Shown piece by piece: positions 10,744 to 20,429 of a DNA stretch of 64,000 nucleotides. Source of the DNA: an uncultured SAR86 cluster bacterium (GTDB lineage: Bacteria > Pseudomonadota > Gammaproteobacteria > Magnimaribacterales > TMED112); assembly GCA_902535365.1 (NCBI GenBank), contig CACATF010000002.1, forward strand, positions 15,114 to 79,113. Direction: 5' to 3'. Numbering within the stretch: the first letter of the stretch is position 1; each line of letters begins with the position of its first letter. Position numbers and translations under genes: made by a program. A model generated the notes under the pieces. That model was not told the origin of the DNA. It saw nothing but the letters and a program-made list of their open reading frames with translations, and did no database searches.

Positions 10744-12321
10744 TTATATGCTCCTATAGGCAGGTAGTGTCAGGAAATCAGTTAATTCATCGCTCAATAC
10801 CAAATCCTTCAACAAAGACTTAGCTTCGACGAACTTACCTGAATCCAAAGAGTTTTGCCCAACCTCTTCTTGGACAACATTGTATTCTTCATCAAGAATT
10901 TTTTCAAATACCTCTGCTGATGCAACAGCTCCAGTATCCATTTTGATATTGTGCTTAACCCACTGCCATAGTGAGCTTCGAGATATTTCTGCTGTAGCAG
11001 CGTCTTCCATAAGACCATAAATTGGAACACATCCAACACCTCTTAACCAGGCTTCAATATACCTTAACGAAACTCTGATGTTTGCTCGGAAACAATTCTC
11101 AGTAAAATCTCCATCACAAGCAGTAATAAGATCGTCTTGTTTAATTAAATCATCTTCTCTCATGATATGCATTTGATTGGTTTTGCCGGAATCAAAGGCA
11201 TTGGAAAAAACGTTATTGGCTATATCAGACAGGCCTGGATGCGCAATCCATGTCCCATCGTGTCCATTATTGGTCTCCAGTAACTTGTCGCTCATAACTT
11301 TCTCAGTAACAACTTTGTTTTCATCAGGGTCTTTAGATGGGATAAATGCAGCCATTCCACCCATAGCCATAGCTCCTCTTTTGTGACAAGTTTTAATTAA
11401 AAGTCGTGAGTAAGCATTAAGAAAAGGCTGGCCCATACCAACTTGATATCGATCTGGCAAAATGCGTGTGCTGTCGTTTTGGAAAGTTTTAATATAGCTA
11501 AAAATGTAATCCCAGCGCCCGCAGTTTAAAGCGACAATATGATCTTTAAGCTCGAACAATATTTCATCCATTTCAAAAACGGCAGGAAGCGTCTCAATTA
11601 AGCAAGTAACGCGAACAGTACCCCGCGGTAAATTGAGGGTATCTTCTGCAAAATTTATTACTTCATTCCATAATCTCGCTTCTGTATGTGACTGGAGTTT
11701 TGGGATGTAGAAGTAGGGGCCTGAACCATTATTCATAAGTTCTTTAGCGTTGTGGAAGAGGTAATAACCAAAATCAACCAAACAACCATATGGCACTTCG
11801 TCATTGACCAGCATCCCTTTTTCTTGCAAGTGGATTCCTCTTACTCTGCACATCAGGATTGCTGGATCATCGTTTAAAGCATATTTTTTGCCGTTTGCTG
11901 GGTTCTCGAAGCTAATTGTCTTGCGCACTGCGTCATAAAGATTTTGTTGTCCATGAGCAACATTTTCCCAAGTTGGACTTAATGAGTCTTCAAAATCAGC
12001 CATGAAGACCTTCACATCTGAATTGAGTGCGTTGATAATCATTTTCCTATCAACAGGCCCTGTTATTTCAACTCTTCGATCAAGCAGCTCTAAGGGAATA
12101 TCTCTAACTTTCCAATCGGCAGATCTAACTTCTTTTGTAGATGGTAAAAAGTCTGGCAGTTTGCCATTATTAAAACCTTCTTGGCGACTGGCTCTGGCTT
12201 GAAGTAGCTCAGAAATTTTAGCAGAAAATTTATTGTGCAAACTTTCTACAAATTGATTGGCCTCATCAGTAAAGATACCTGATGTTTCTGCAGGTACCTC
12301 AAAATTAAATTTAACTGTCAT
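10744..12321 (-). CDS. aceB: Malate synthase A
   Basis: 525 aa, malate synthase A length and blocks (ADFEDS, NCGRWDYIFS, GHDGTWIAHP). Adjacent to aceA. Confidence 0.93.
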   Translation of the reverse strand: MTVKFNFEVPAETSGIFTDEANQFVESLHNKFSAKISELLQARASRQEGFNNGKLPDFLPSTKEVRSADWKVRDIPLELLDRRVEITGPVDRKMIINALNSDVKVFMADFEDSLSPTWENVAHGQQNLYDAVRKTISFENPANGKKYALNDDPAILMCRVRGIHLQEKGMLVNDEVPYGCLVDFGYYLFHNAKELMNNGSGPYFYIPKLQSHTEARLWNEVINFAEDTLNLPRGTVRVTCLIETLPAVFEMDEILFELKDHIVALNCGRWDYIFSYIKTFQNDSTRILPDRYQVGMGQPFLNAYSRLLIKTCHKRGAMAMGGMAAFIPSKDPDENKVVTEKVMSDKLLETNNGHDGTWIAHPGLSDIANNVFSNAFDSGKTNQMHIMREDDLIKQDDLITACDGDFTENCFRANIRVSLRYIEAWLRGVGCVPIYGLMEDAATAEISRSSLWQWVKHNIKMDTGAVASAEVFEKILDEEYNVVQEEVGQNSLDSGKFVEAKSLLKDLVLSDELTDFLTLPAYRSI

Positions 12322-12322
12322 C

Positions 12323-13669
12323 TTATTCCTCCTTTGACAATTCTGTTGCTAAACCTAGGTAGGAAGCGGGTGTTAAGTTTAAAAGGATAGATTTGAACTC
12401 ATCATTATCAACAAGGCTATTTACCGTCTCTAAATAAAGCTCTTTGTTCATTTTCTGCCCTCTGCTTAAAAGTTTGACTTGATCATAACCATCTTTCTTT
12501 CCTTCGAGCCTTAAAAAGCTTTGCAATGGTTCCGCAAGGAGCTCGTACCTGTCATTGAGGTCGTTTGCAATAGCTTCGACATTGGCCTCAAGTTTAGTGA
12601 TCCCTTTAAGCAAAGATGAAACACTCAGCTCCATATATCCGTATGCCGAGCCGATGTTTCTCAGAACCGTTGAGTCAGATAAATCTCTTTGCAATCTTGA
12701 TCTCGGAAGCTTTTCAGCCAAATGGTTGAAGAGGGCATTAGCTAAGCCTAAATTGCCTTCTGCATTTTCAAAATCAATGGGGTTCACCTTGTGAGGCATT
12801 GTTGATGATCCAACCTCATTTTTATCTAATTTCAATTTGAAATAATCAAATGAAATATAAGTCCAAATATCCAAGGAAAAATCGATCAAAATAGTATTTA
12901 CTCGCATAAGATTATGGAATACTTTGGCCATGTAATCATGCGGCTCAATTTGGGTGCTAACTTTAGTAAGCTTTAAATCAAGCTCATCTAGAAATTTCTC
13001 AGAATGGGTTAACCAATCAGCCTGAGGAAAAGCTAGTAAATGGGGGTTGTAATTTGCTGTTGCGCCACCCCATTTAGCAAAAAACTCTTGCCCCTCTAAT
13101 GTTTTTTTCTCCTTATTTAACCGCTGTTTAAAAACATTCAATTCCTTGCCTAGTGTTGTAGGTGTAGCTGGTTGGCCATGAGTTCGTGCCATCATTGGAA
13201 GTTCAGCATTTTCATCAATCAATACTCCCAACGCTGCCTCTAGATTCTCGATCCAATCAAGTGTATTTGAGTGCATTTCTTTCAACATTAGAGCGTAACT
13301 TGCGCTGTTGATATCTTCAGACGTAAGAAAAATATGGATTAGGCTTTGGATAGCTTCATTGCCCTCAAAACACTCCGATAAAGCTAGCTCAACTGCCTTA
13401 ACATCATGATTGGTTGTTTTCTCAATTTCTTTCACCCTCAGGACAGTTTCATCAGGTATAGATTGTTTTAGATTGGATAGTTTTTTTGCAACATCATCTG
13501 TTAGAAGTTCAGGTTTGAAATGATTTAAAAAATACTCCAGCCAGACAATTTCGACTTTCAGTCTGTGCTGAATTAAACCGTGCTCAGAAAATATCTCACG
13601 AGTTACTTTTGTTTTATCGTGATAGCGGCCATCGAGAGGAGAAAGGTTCCTCAGGGTTGTGTCATCCAT
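12323..13669 (-). CDS. purB: Adenylosuccinate lyase
   Basis: Fumarate-lyase signature SSTMPHKVNP. 448 aa. Confidence 0.93.
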   Translation of the reverse strand: MDDTTLRNLSPLDGRYHDKTKVTREIFSEHGLIQHRLKVEIVWLEYFLNHFKPELLTDDVAKKLSNLKQSIPDETVLRVKEIEKTTNHDVKAVELALSECFEGNEAIQSLIHIFLTSEDINSASYALMLKEMHSNTLDWIENLEAALGVLIDENAELPMMARTHGQPATPTTLGKELNVFKQRLNKEKKTLEGQEFFAKWGGATANYNPHLLAFPQADWLTHSEKFLDELDLKLTKVSTQIEPHDYMAKVFHNLMRVNTILIDFSLDIWTYISFDYFKLKLDKNEVGSSTMPHKVNPIDFENAEGNLGLANALFNHLAEKLPRSRLQRDLSDSTVLRNIGSAYGYMELSVSSLLKGITKLEANVEAIANDLNDRYELLAEPLQSFLRLEGKKDGYDQVKLLSRGQKMNKELYLETVNSLVDNDEFKSILLNLTPASYLGLATELSKEE

Positions 13670-14801
13670 AGACTTCGTAATTATACCCTCTATTTTCCGC
13701 CCATTTATAGTAATTTTCAGAAATTCTATCCCTTATTACAGAACCTCCAAGGCACTCATTGTCTTTGTAAATTACTGCTGATTGACCAGGAGTAACTGCA
13801 AGAACTTGCTCTTCAAAAATTATTTTGTAGCCTTTTTTTGCCTTTGTGACTTGAGCTTTAATTGCCGGACTTTGGTATCTAATCTGAACATAGCAATCAA
13901 ATGTTTCTTCAGTGAAATCATTGATCCAATGAATATCATCTACATAACAACCATCACTGTATAAAAGTGGATGTTCAGCACCCTGTACGACTGATAATTC
14001 ATTGGTTTTAAGATCTTTATGAGCAACGTACCAAGAGTCTTGATCTCTGCCTTTGACGCCCCCCAATCCTATTCCTTGTCTTTGACCAAGTGTAAAGTAC
14101 ATCAGACCATCATGCTCACCAAGAACAATACCTGCTTCATCGCAGATTTTTCCAGGCTTTTTACCTAAAAAATTTGATATAAAATTGTTGTAGTTGTTTT
14201 TTCCTATGAAGCATATGCCTACAGAATCTTTTTTTGTTGAAGTAATTAAGTTGTTGTCTGTCGCTATTTTTCTAACCTCTTCTTTGGTTAACTCACCTAG
14301 CGGGAAAATTGTTTTTGATAAATCTTCTCCAGTTACCTGATGAAGGAAGTAAGATTGGTCTTTTTTAGTGTCCATGCCACGTAATAGCTTGGTTGTTCCA
14401 TCTTTACTTGAAAGCTTTGCGTAGTGCCCGGTAGCAATGTAATCTGCACCTATTTCCATGCAGTAATCTAAGAAGGCACGGAACTTTATCTCTTTATTGC
14501 AAAGAATGTCCGGATTAGGTGTGAGTCCTTCATGATGATCTGATAGGAATCGCTTAAAAACTTTGTCCCAATAATCTGAGGAAAAGTTTGCCATATGAAG
14601 GGGTATACCTATTTGATCGCATACTTCTTCAGCGTCTTTAAAGTCTGCCTCAGTTGTGCATTCTATGTTCGGAGCGCTGTTGGTCCAATTTTTCATAAAA
14701 ATGCCCTGTACATCAAATCCTGCATTTTTAAGAAGCAAAGCAGTTACAGAAGAATCCACTCCACCAGAAATGCCCACTACAACTTTTTTTGCTTTTTCCA
14801 T
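13662..14801 (-). CDS. mnmA: tRNA-specific 2-thiouridylase
   Basis: PP-loop VVGISGGVDSSV. Conserved CNKEIKF and catalytic Cys regions. mnmA-purB linkage as in enterics. Confidence 0.93.
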   Translation of the reverse strand: MEKAKKVVVGISGGVDSSVTALLLKNAGFDVQGIFMKNWTNSAPNIECTTEADFKDAEEVCDQIGIPLHMANFSSDYWDKVFKRFLSDHHEGLTPNPDILCNKEIKFRAFLDYCMEIGADYIATGHYAKLSSKDGTTKLLRGMDTKKDQSYFLHQVTGEDLSKTIFPLGELTKEEVRKIATDNNLITSTKKDSVGICFIGKNNYNNFISNFLGKKPGKICDEAGIVLGEHDGLMYFTLGQRQGIGLGGVKGRDQDSWYVAHKDLKTNELSVVQGAEHPLLYSDGCYVDDIHWINDFTEETFDCYVQIRYQSPAIKAQVTKAKKGYKIIFEEQVLAVTPGQSAVIYKDNECLGGSVIRDRISENYYKWAENRGYNYEVYG

Positions 14802-14821
14802 AAATATTTACATGTTGAGTC

Positions 14822-14850
14822 TTAATATTTAATGCAAATGTGCGTATAAT
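14822..14850 (+). promoter_or_regulatory. Candidate sigma-70 promoter for icd (TTAATA-17-TATAAT)
   Basis: Perfect TATAAT at 14845..14850, 32 nt upstream of the icd ATG. The -35 is weak. Confidence 0.3.
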
Positions 14851-14882
14851 CAAGCCAAATTTTTAAGGGGATAGAGGCCACA

Positions 14883-16127
14883 ATGATAAAAGTTCCAACC
14901 ACAGGTGAGAAAATCACATACAAAGACAACCAGCTAGTTGTCCCAAATAATCCAATAATTCCATTTATCGAAGGTGATGGTATAGGTGTAGACATAACTC
15001 CAGTTATGAAAGATGTCGTTGATGCTGCGGTAGCTAAGGCATATGGTGGTGAAAAAGAAATAAGCTGGATGGAAATATTTTGTGGTGAGAAAAGTGTGGA
15101 AGTTTATGGTGATGATCAATGGCTTCCTGAAGAAACTTTGCAGGCTTGCAAAGACTATATAGTTTCAATCAAAGGCCCATTAACAACTCCTGTTGGGGGT
15201 GGGATAAGATCCCTAAATGTGGCAATCAGACAAAAGCTAGATCTCTACGTCTGCTTGAGACCGGTTAAGTACTTTACAGGAACTCCTAGTCCTGTAAAAA
15301 GGCCAGACCTTGTTGATATGGTAATCTTCAGAGAAAATTCTGAAGATATTTACGCCGGTGTTGAATTTGAGTCAAACAGCGATGCAGCGAATAAACTTAT
15401 CAATGTTCTTGAAAAAGATTTTGGCGTTGAAAAAATTAGATTCACAGACAACTGTGGAATTGGCATCAAACCTGTATCAGAAGAGGGTAGTAAAAGATTA
15501 ATAAGAAAATCGTTTGAGTATGCTATTCAGAACGATAGAGATTCTGTTTCACTAATACACAAAGGCAATATTCAAAAATTTACAGAAGGCGCTTTCCGAG
15601 ACTGGGGATATGAGCTCGCAAGAGATGAATTTGACGGAGAACCACTTGATGGCGGTCCATGGCATTCATTTAAAAATCCAAATACTGGCAAACAAATTAT
15701 AGTGAAAGATGTTATTTGTGATGCTTTTTTACAGCAAATTCTTCACAGACCTGCGGAATATGATGTCCTTGCAGCACCAAACCTTAACGGTGATTACATT
15801 TCAGATGCTCTAGCTGCTCAAGTTGGTGGGATAGGTATTGCTCCAGGTGCGAACCTAGGTGACACGACTGCAGTTTTTGAAGCAACTCATGGAACAGCTC
15901 CAAAGTATGCTGGACAGGATAGAGTTAACCCAGGGTCACTAATTCTTTCTGCAGAGATGATGCTAAGACATCTAGGTTGGACTGAAGCTGCTGACTTAAT
16001 TATTTCAGCAATGGAATCAGCAATACAAGACAAAAAAGTTACATATGATTTTGCTAGATTAATTGATGATGCAACAGAAGTAAGTTGCTCAGAATTTGGT
16101 AAGATTCTAATAAGTAAATTTAAGTAA
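14883..16127 (+). CDS. icd: NADP-dependent isocitrate dehydrogenase
   Basis: 414 aa. IDH/IMDH signature [25 protein letters not shown]. Confidence 0.95.
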   Translation: MIKVPTTGEKITYKDNQLVVPNNPIIPFIEGDGIGVDITPVMKDVVDAAVAKAYGGEKEISWMEIFCGEKSVEVYGDDQWLPEETLQACKDYIVSIKGPLTTPVGGGIRSLNVAIRQKLDLYVCLRPVKYFTGTPSPVKRPDLVDMVIFRENSEDIYAGVEFESNSDAANKLINVLEKDFGVEKIRFTDNCGIGIKPVSEEGSKRLIRKSFEYAIQNDRDSVSLIHKGNIQKFTEGAFRDWGYELARDEFDGEPLDGGPWHSFKNPNTGKQIIVKDVICDAFLQQILHRPAEYDVLAAPNLNGDYISDALAAQVGGIGIAPGANLGDTTAVFEATHGTAPKYAGQDRVNPGSLILSAEMMLRHLGWTEAADLIISAMESAIQDKKVTYDFARLIDDATEVSCSEFGKILISKFK

Positions 16128-16132
16128 TTCAC

Positions 16133-16456
16133 ATGTCTCAAGACGACTTTTCAACTGGCACGGTTGAGCTAGAAGATGCTGAGCTGAAGTTCGATAAACC
16201 GCCACTCTACACTGTTGTCATTTTAAATGATGATTTCACTCCAATGGAATTTGTTGTTTATGTTCTGCAAAAATTCTTTGATTATGATCATGCGAAATCT
16301 ACTGAGATCATGTTACAGATTCACAATGAAGGAAAGGGCTACTGTGGCGCTTTTTCACTAGAAATTGCAGAAACTAAATCTCAACAAATTAATCAATTTT
16401 CAAAAGAAAATGAACATCCTTTGAAAACAGATATTGAAGAATTAGCAAAAGATTAG
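16133..16456 (+). CDS. clpS: ATP-dependent Clp protease adaptor ClpS
   Basis: 107 aa. The YTVVILNDDFTPMEFVVYVLQKFF core is typical of ClpS. Precedes clpA. Confidence 0.93.
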   Translation: MSQDDFSTGTVELEDAELKFDKPPLYTVVILNDDFTPMEFVVYVLQKFFDYDHAKSTEIMLQIHNEGKGYCGAFSLEIAETKSQQINQFSKENEHPLKTDIEELAKD

Positions 16457-16469
16457 ATATATTAAATAT

Positions 16470-18689
16470 ATGCTATCGAAAAATTTAGAAAATTCTTTAA
16501 ATGTTTTGTTCAAAGAATGCTCAGAAAATCTTGATGAGTTTGTCACTATCGAGCACTTGCTTTTAGTTTTAACACAAGAAGATTCAGCCAGAAAAGTCTT
16601 TGAACATCTATCTATTGATATCGATAGCCTGCAGAAAGAAATCAAAGACTACATAGGAAAAAATGTTCCAAAGTCAAAAGAAAAGAAGGAAATTCAACCC
16701 ACATTAGCTTTCCAAAGAGTCCTTCAAAGAGCCATATTTCACGTTCAATCAAGTGGTAAAAATGAAGTTTTAGGCGAGAACCTTCTGGCAGCATTGTTCA
16801 GCGAAAAAGAAAGTTATGCCGTTTATATGCTTAACCGAAGAAACATTTCAAGGCTTGATGTTGTTGACTATATCTCACATGGCAAAAATACTGCAGTTCA
16901 AACAGAAGAGATTACTGAAGAAGCCCCGAAAGAATCAGAAAATCAGCCCGACTTTTTAACAAACCTAAACAACAGGGCGCTCGATGGGGATATAGATCCA
17001 TTAATAGGCAGAGAAGACACACTCGAGAGATTGTTTCAAGTATTGGGTAGAAGAAGAAAAAATAACCCCATCCTTGTTGGTGAATCAGGTGTTGGTAAAA
17101 CAGCTGTTGCTGAAGGCCTTGCTAAATGCATCGCGGAAGGCAAGGGCCCAGAGCTTTTTGAAGGTTATCAGGTGATGTCACTTGATGTCGGTAGCCTTGT
17201 TTCAGGCACAAAATACCGAGGTGACTTTGAGAAAAAGATGAAGGCAATGATGGATTACTTGCAGAAAAATGAAAAAATCATCCTTTTTGTTGACGAAATT
17301 CATACCATTATTGGTGCAGGATCAGCTTCAGGCGGGGCATTAGATGCCTCAAATCTACTAAAACCAGCATTAGCCCGAGGAGATATCAAGTGTGTTGGCG
17401 CAACCACTTACAAAGAATACAGACAAATTTTTGAAAGGAATAATTCACTTTCAAGAAGATTCCAAAAAATACAGATAGATGAACCTTCAATAGATGAAGC
17501 TGTTCAGATCCTCGAGGGGCTTAAAAGCAAGTTTGAGGGCTATCATGGCATAACTTATTCAAAAGAAGCGCTTAAAACAGCTGTGGAGCTGTCAAATAAG
17601 TATTTACAGGACTCAAAGTTGCCGGATAAAGCAATAGACCTAATTGATGAGGCTGGTTCTCTTAAAAAACTAAATCCAAAAGCTGGTAACAACATTAGAA
17701 AATCTGATATCGAATCACTGATTTCCAAGATCACAAAGATTCCAACAATGCAGCTAACTGCGTCCAGCAAAGAAAATCTTAATAGCCTTGAAAACAACTT
17801 ACGTTCTGTAATCTTTGGTCAGGATCATGCAATTGATAGTGTGGTATCAGCCGTTAAAACAGCAAAATCAGGCATTGGCAACGATGAAAAGCCGATATGC
17901 TCGTTCCTTTTCACAGGCCCAACTGGTGTTGGTAAAACAGAGCTAACCAAACAGCTTTCAAAGTTTTTAGGAATAGATTTCATCAGGCTTGATATGTCAG
18001 AGTTTATGGAAAAACATAGCGTTTCAAAACTCATTGGCTCGCCACCAGGATATGTTGGTTATGAACAGGGCGGATATTTGACTGAAGAAGTTAACAAAAA
18101 ACCGCATTCTGTACTGCTTTTAGACGAAATTGAAAAAGCACATCCTGATATTTTCAATATTCTTTTACAAATACTCGATTACGGCACTCTAGCTGATAGT
18201 AATGGGCGAAGTATAAATTTCAAAAATACCATCATCGTCATGACGTCTAACACTGGTGCCATAGAGGCTGACAGCGACTCTGTTGGATTTATTGAACAAG
18301 GCTCTGAAGACAAATTTGAGAAGGCAGTCTCAAAAGCATTTACTCCAGAATTCAGAAATAGATTAGATGGTATTGTTAACTTCAATAATCTAGAAGAGAA
18401 AAGCCTTATATCTGTTGTTGAGAAGCTTTTAATTGAGGTTCAATCAAAATTAAATGAGAAGGGGATAGACCTCGAATATGAAGATTCAGTATTAAAGCAT
18501 GTTCTCAAGGAAGGGTTTGATTCTAAACTTGGCGCAAGACCTCTTGGTAGAGCAGTTGATAAGTTGATTAAAAAACCTATTTCATCCATGCTTATTGAAG
18601 ATAGTGTTAAAAGAGGAAATACACTATTTATCAAGCTTTCAAAAGATAAAATTCAAATTAAAGTTAAAGATAAAGCAAAGGTTACTTAG
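16470..18689 (+). CDS. clpA: ATP-dependent Clp protease ATP-binding subunit ClpA
   Basis: Two AAA+ modules with Walker A GESGVGKT and GPTGVGKT. 739 aa. Confidence 0.95.
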   Translation: MLSKNLENSLNVLFKECSENLDEFVTIEHLLLVLTQEDSARKVFEHLSIDIDSLQKEIKDYIGKNVPKSKEKKEIQPTLAFQRVLQRAIFHVQSSGKNEVLGENLLAALFSEKESYAVYMLNRRNISRLDVVDYISHGKNTAVQTEEITEEAPKESENQPDFLTNLNNRALDGDIDPLIGREDTLERLFQVLGRRRKNNPILVGESGVGKTAVAEGLAKCIAEGKGPELFEGYQVMSLDVGSLVSGTKYRGDFEKKMKAMMDYLQKNEKIILFVDEIHTIIGAGSASGGALDASNLLKPALARGDIKCVGATTYKEYRQIFERNNSLSRRFQKIQIDEPSIDEAVQILEGLKSKFEGYHGITYSKEALKTAVELSNKYLQDSKLPDKAIDLIDEAGSLKKLNPKAGNNIRKSDIESLISKITKIPTMQLTASSKENLNSLENNLRSVIFGQDHAIDSVVSAVKTAKSGIGNDEKPICSFLFTGPTGVGKTELTKQLSKFLGIDFIRLDMSEFMEKHSVSKLIGSPPGYVGYEQGGYLTEEVNKKPHSVLLLDEIEKAHPDIFNILLQILDYGTLADSNGRSINFKNTIIVMTSNTGAIEADSDSVGFIEQGSEDKFEKAVSKAFTPEFRNRLDGIVNFNNLEEKSLISVVEKLLIEVQSKLNEKGIDLEYEDSVLKHVLKEGFDSKLGARPLGRAVDKLIKKPISSMLIEDSVKRGNTLFIKLSKDKIQIKVKDKAKVT

Positions 18690-18900
18690 ACCTGAAGGTT
18701 ATTCTTCCCTTAGATAAATCATAAGGCGACATCTCAACTGTTACTTTGTCACCATTGAGTATTCTGATGTAGTTTTTTCTCATTTTTCCTGAGATGTGAG
18801 CGGTTATAACATGGTCATTTTCAAGCTTTACCCTGAAAACTGTATTTGGTAGCACTTCAGTGACTACACCTTGCATCTCTATTGTGTCTTTTCCTGCCAT
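18682..18900 (-). CDS. infA: Translation initiation factor IF-1
   Basis: 72 aa with a canonical IF-1 sequence ([20 protein letters not shown]...[13 protein letters not shown]). Convergent with clpA as in E. coli. Confidence 0.96.
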   Translation of the reverse strand: MAGKDTIEMQGVVTEVLPNTVFRVKLENDHVITAHISGKMRKNYIRILNGDKVTVEMSPYDLSKGRITFRSK

Positions 18901-18944
18901 GTGTTGCCTATTTTACTAGCTTAGCTTTAAATGTCACTTAATCT

Positions 18945-19490
18945 ATGGAAATAACTGAGATGAATGGAATTAAAGCTTTTGACTTGAAAGATGCAGATGA
19001 GGCAATACTAAAAAAGATTTTTTTTCTGAACGAATCATATGCTCCATTTCTAGGGCCTTTAGAAAAGATTGATAACTTAAAAAGATTGCTCTCGATGTCT
19101 AAATACAGCACCTATATAACCATTAACGATGAAATCTGTGGTTTCATGGTTTGTTTTGATGAAAAGTCTTCCTATGAATCAAAGAATTATGGGTATTTCA
19201 AAAAGAAGCATAATAAGTTCTTTTATGTTGACAGAATAGGTATTGCAAAGAGCTTTAAAAATAAGGGTTTAGGGACTTTTTTATATAAAAAAATTATTGA
19301 TTTAAATAAAAATGACAATATAAAAATATGTGCAGAGGTTAATGTAAAACCATTCAATGAAGAATCAGTAAATTTTCATGAAAAAATGGGGTTTAAAGCG
19401 GTATCTGAAAAGGAATTTAGTCCTAATTATGCAATAAGATATTATGAAAGAGATATTTGTACAGTCCGAGAAAACCATAAAAGTCAGTAA
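18945..19490 (+). CDS. GNAT family N-acetyltransferase
   Basis: Acetyl-CoA motif A (IGIAKSFKNKGLGTFLYKK) and C-terminal NxxSxxFHEKMGF. Confidence 0.75.
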   Translation: MEITEMNGIKAFDLKDADEAILKKIFFLNESYAPFLGPLEKIDNLKRLLSMSKYSTYITINDEICGFMVCFDEKSSYESKNYGYFKKKHNKFFYVDRIGIAKSFKNKGLGTFLYKKIIDLNKNDNIKICAEVNVKPFNEESVNFHEKMGFKAVSEKEFSPNYAIRYYERDICTVRENHKSQ

Positions 19491-19926
19491 ATATAGGCTA
19501 TTAGAAGAAATTAGGAAGCCAGGCAATCTGGTAAACTTTCATCCTTTTTGCAAAGAAAATCATGTAGAGAAATGGTCTGGTGAAGAATCCATAGATTATG
19601 TTAAGTATTTAAATAATTTGACATACAAACGTAAATTTCTTGAATGGAATAATTCAGGATATACCCTAGATATAGGGGTAGACAGCAAATTAGCGAATGT
19701 ACGATGGTTGGTAAAGGGAGATAAAAAATCATCAACATTGAATATAAAAGTAAAACCAATTATTCCATTTAAAAACCCATTAATAAGATGGTTAGCATGG
19801 TCTTTTTACATAAAACCGAAGCTTCAAGCATACCTTAATAGTGTTGTAGGTGGACTAAAGCTATACATGGAGACAAATAAACCCGTAGAGAGGAATGTAT
19901 TTGGAAAACATGCATGGTATTCATAA
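19444..19926 (+). CDS. Hypothetical protein (possibly SRPBCC/START-like)
   Basis: 160-aa ORF overlapping the GNAT gene by 47 nt. No alternative start seen. The family assignment is only a weak impression. Confidence 0.45.
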   Translation: MKEIFVQSEKTIKVSKYRLLEEIRKPGNLVNFHPFCKENHVEKWSGEESIDYVKYLNNLTYKRKFLEWNNSGYTLDIGVDSKLANVRWLVKGDKKSSTLNIKVKPIIPFKNPLIRWLAWSFYIKPKLQAYLNSVVGGLKLYMETNKPVERNVFGKHAWYS

Positions 19927-19964
19927 AACCTTCAATATTATGTTAAATAATTTAAATCTCTAAA

Positions 19965-20095
19965 ATATCCACAAACCTAATAACCAATGTATAAAGGCTT
20001 TTCCAAGCTTTTGTTAATAACTTATTTTATCATATATTATTTAACATAATATATATTATGCGAAGTTATATATGTGTGGATAAAAATGTGGAAAA
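19965..20095. promoter_or_regulatory. Cluster of three DnaA-box-like 9-mers in a 503-bp AT-rich intergenic region
   Basis: ATATCCACA at 19965..19973 (8/9). TGTGGATAA at 20075..20083 (perfect reverse complement of TTATCCACA). TGTGGAAAA at 20087..20095 (fits TTWTNCACA). Confidence 0.4.
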
Positions 20096-20429
20096 AGATG
20101 AGACCTTCCCTTTCTTAAATTTGTTATATTTATTTTTTGGTAAAATGGAGTTTTTCGATACTGGAAATTAGTTGGTATTTTTATTCCCTTTTCTTAACTT
20201 TTTATTTTTTTTACGAATTTCTATAATTTTTGTGTTTTTATTTCTTCTCTAGATTGTTTCTCTGAAATTTATTTAATGCTTCACCCTTCTTTTTTAAAAA
20301 ATTGCTTAAATCACGAATTTGAAGCTTAAATCCATTTTTTTGTATTTTTTTCTATATTTTTGAAGATTTCTTTTGAATTTTTAGTTTCTTTATTATATTT
20401 AATAATCAATCGTAACTTTAAGGACTACT

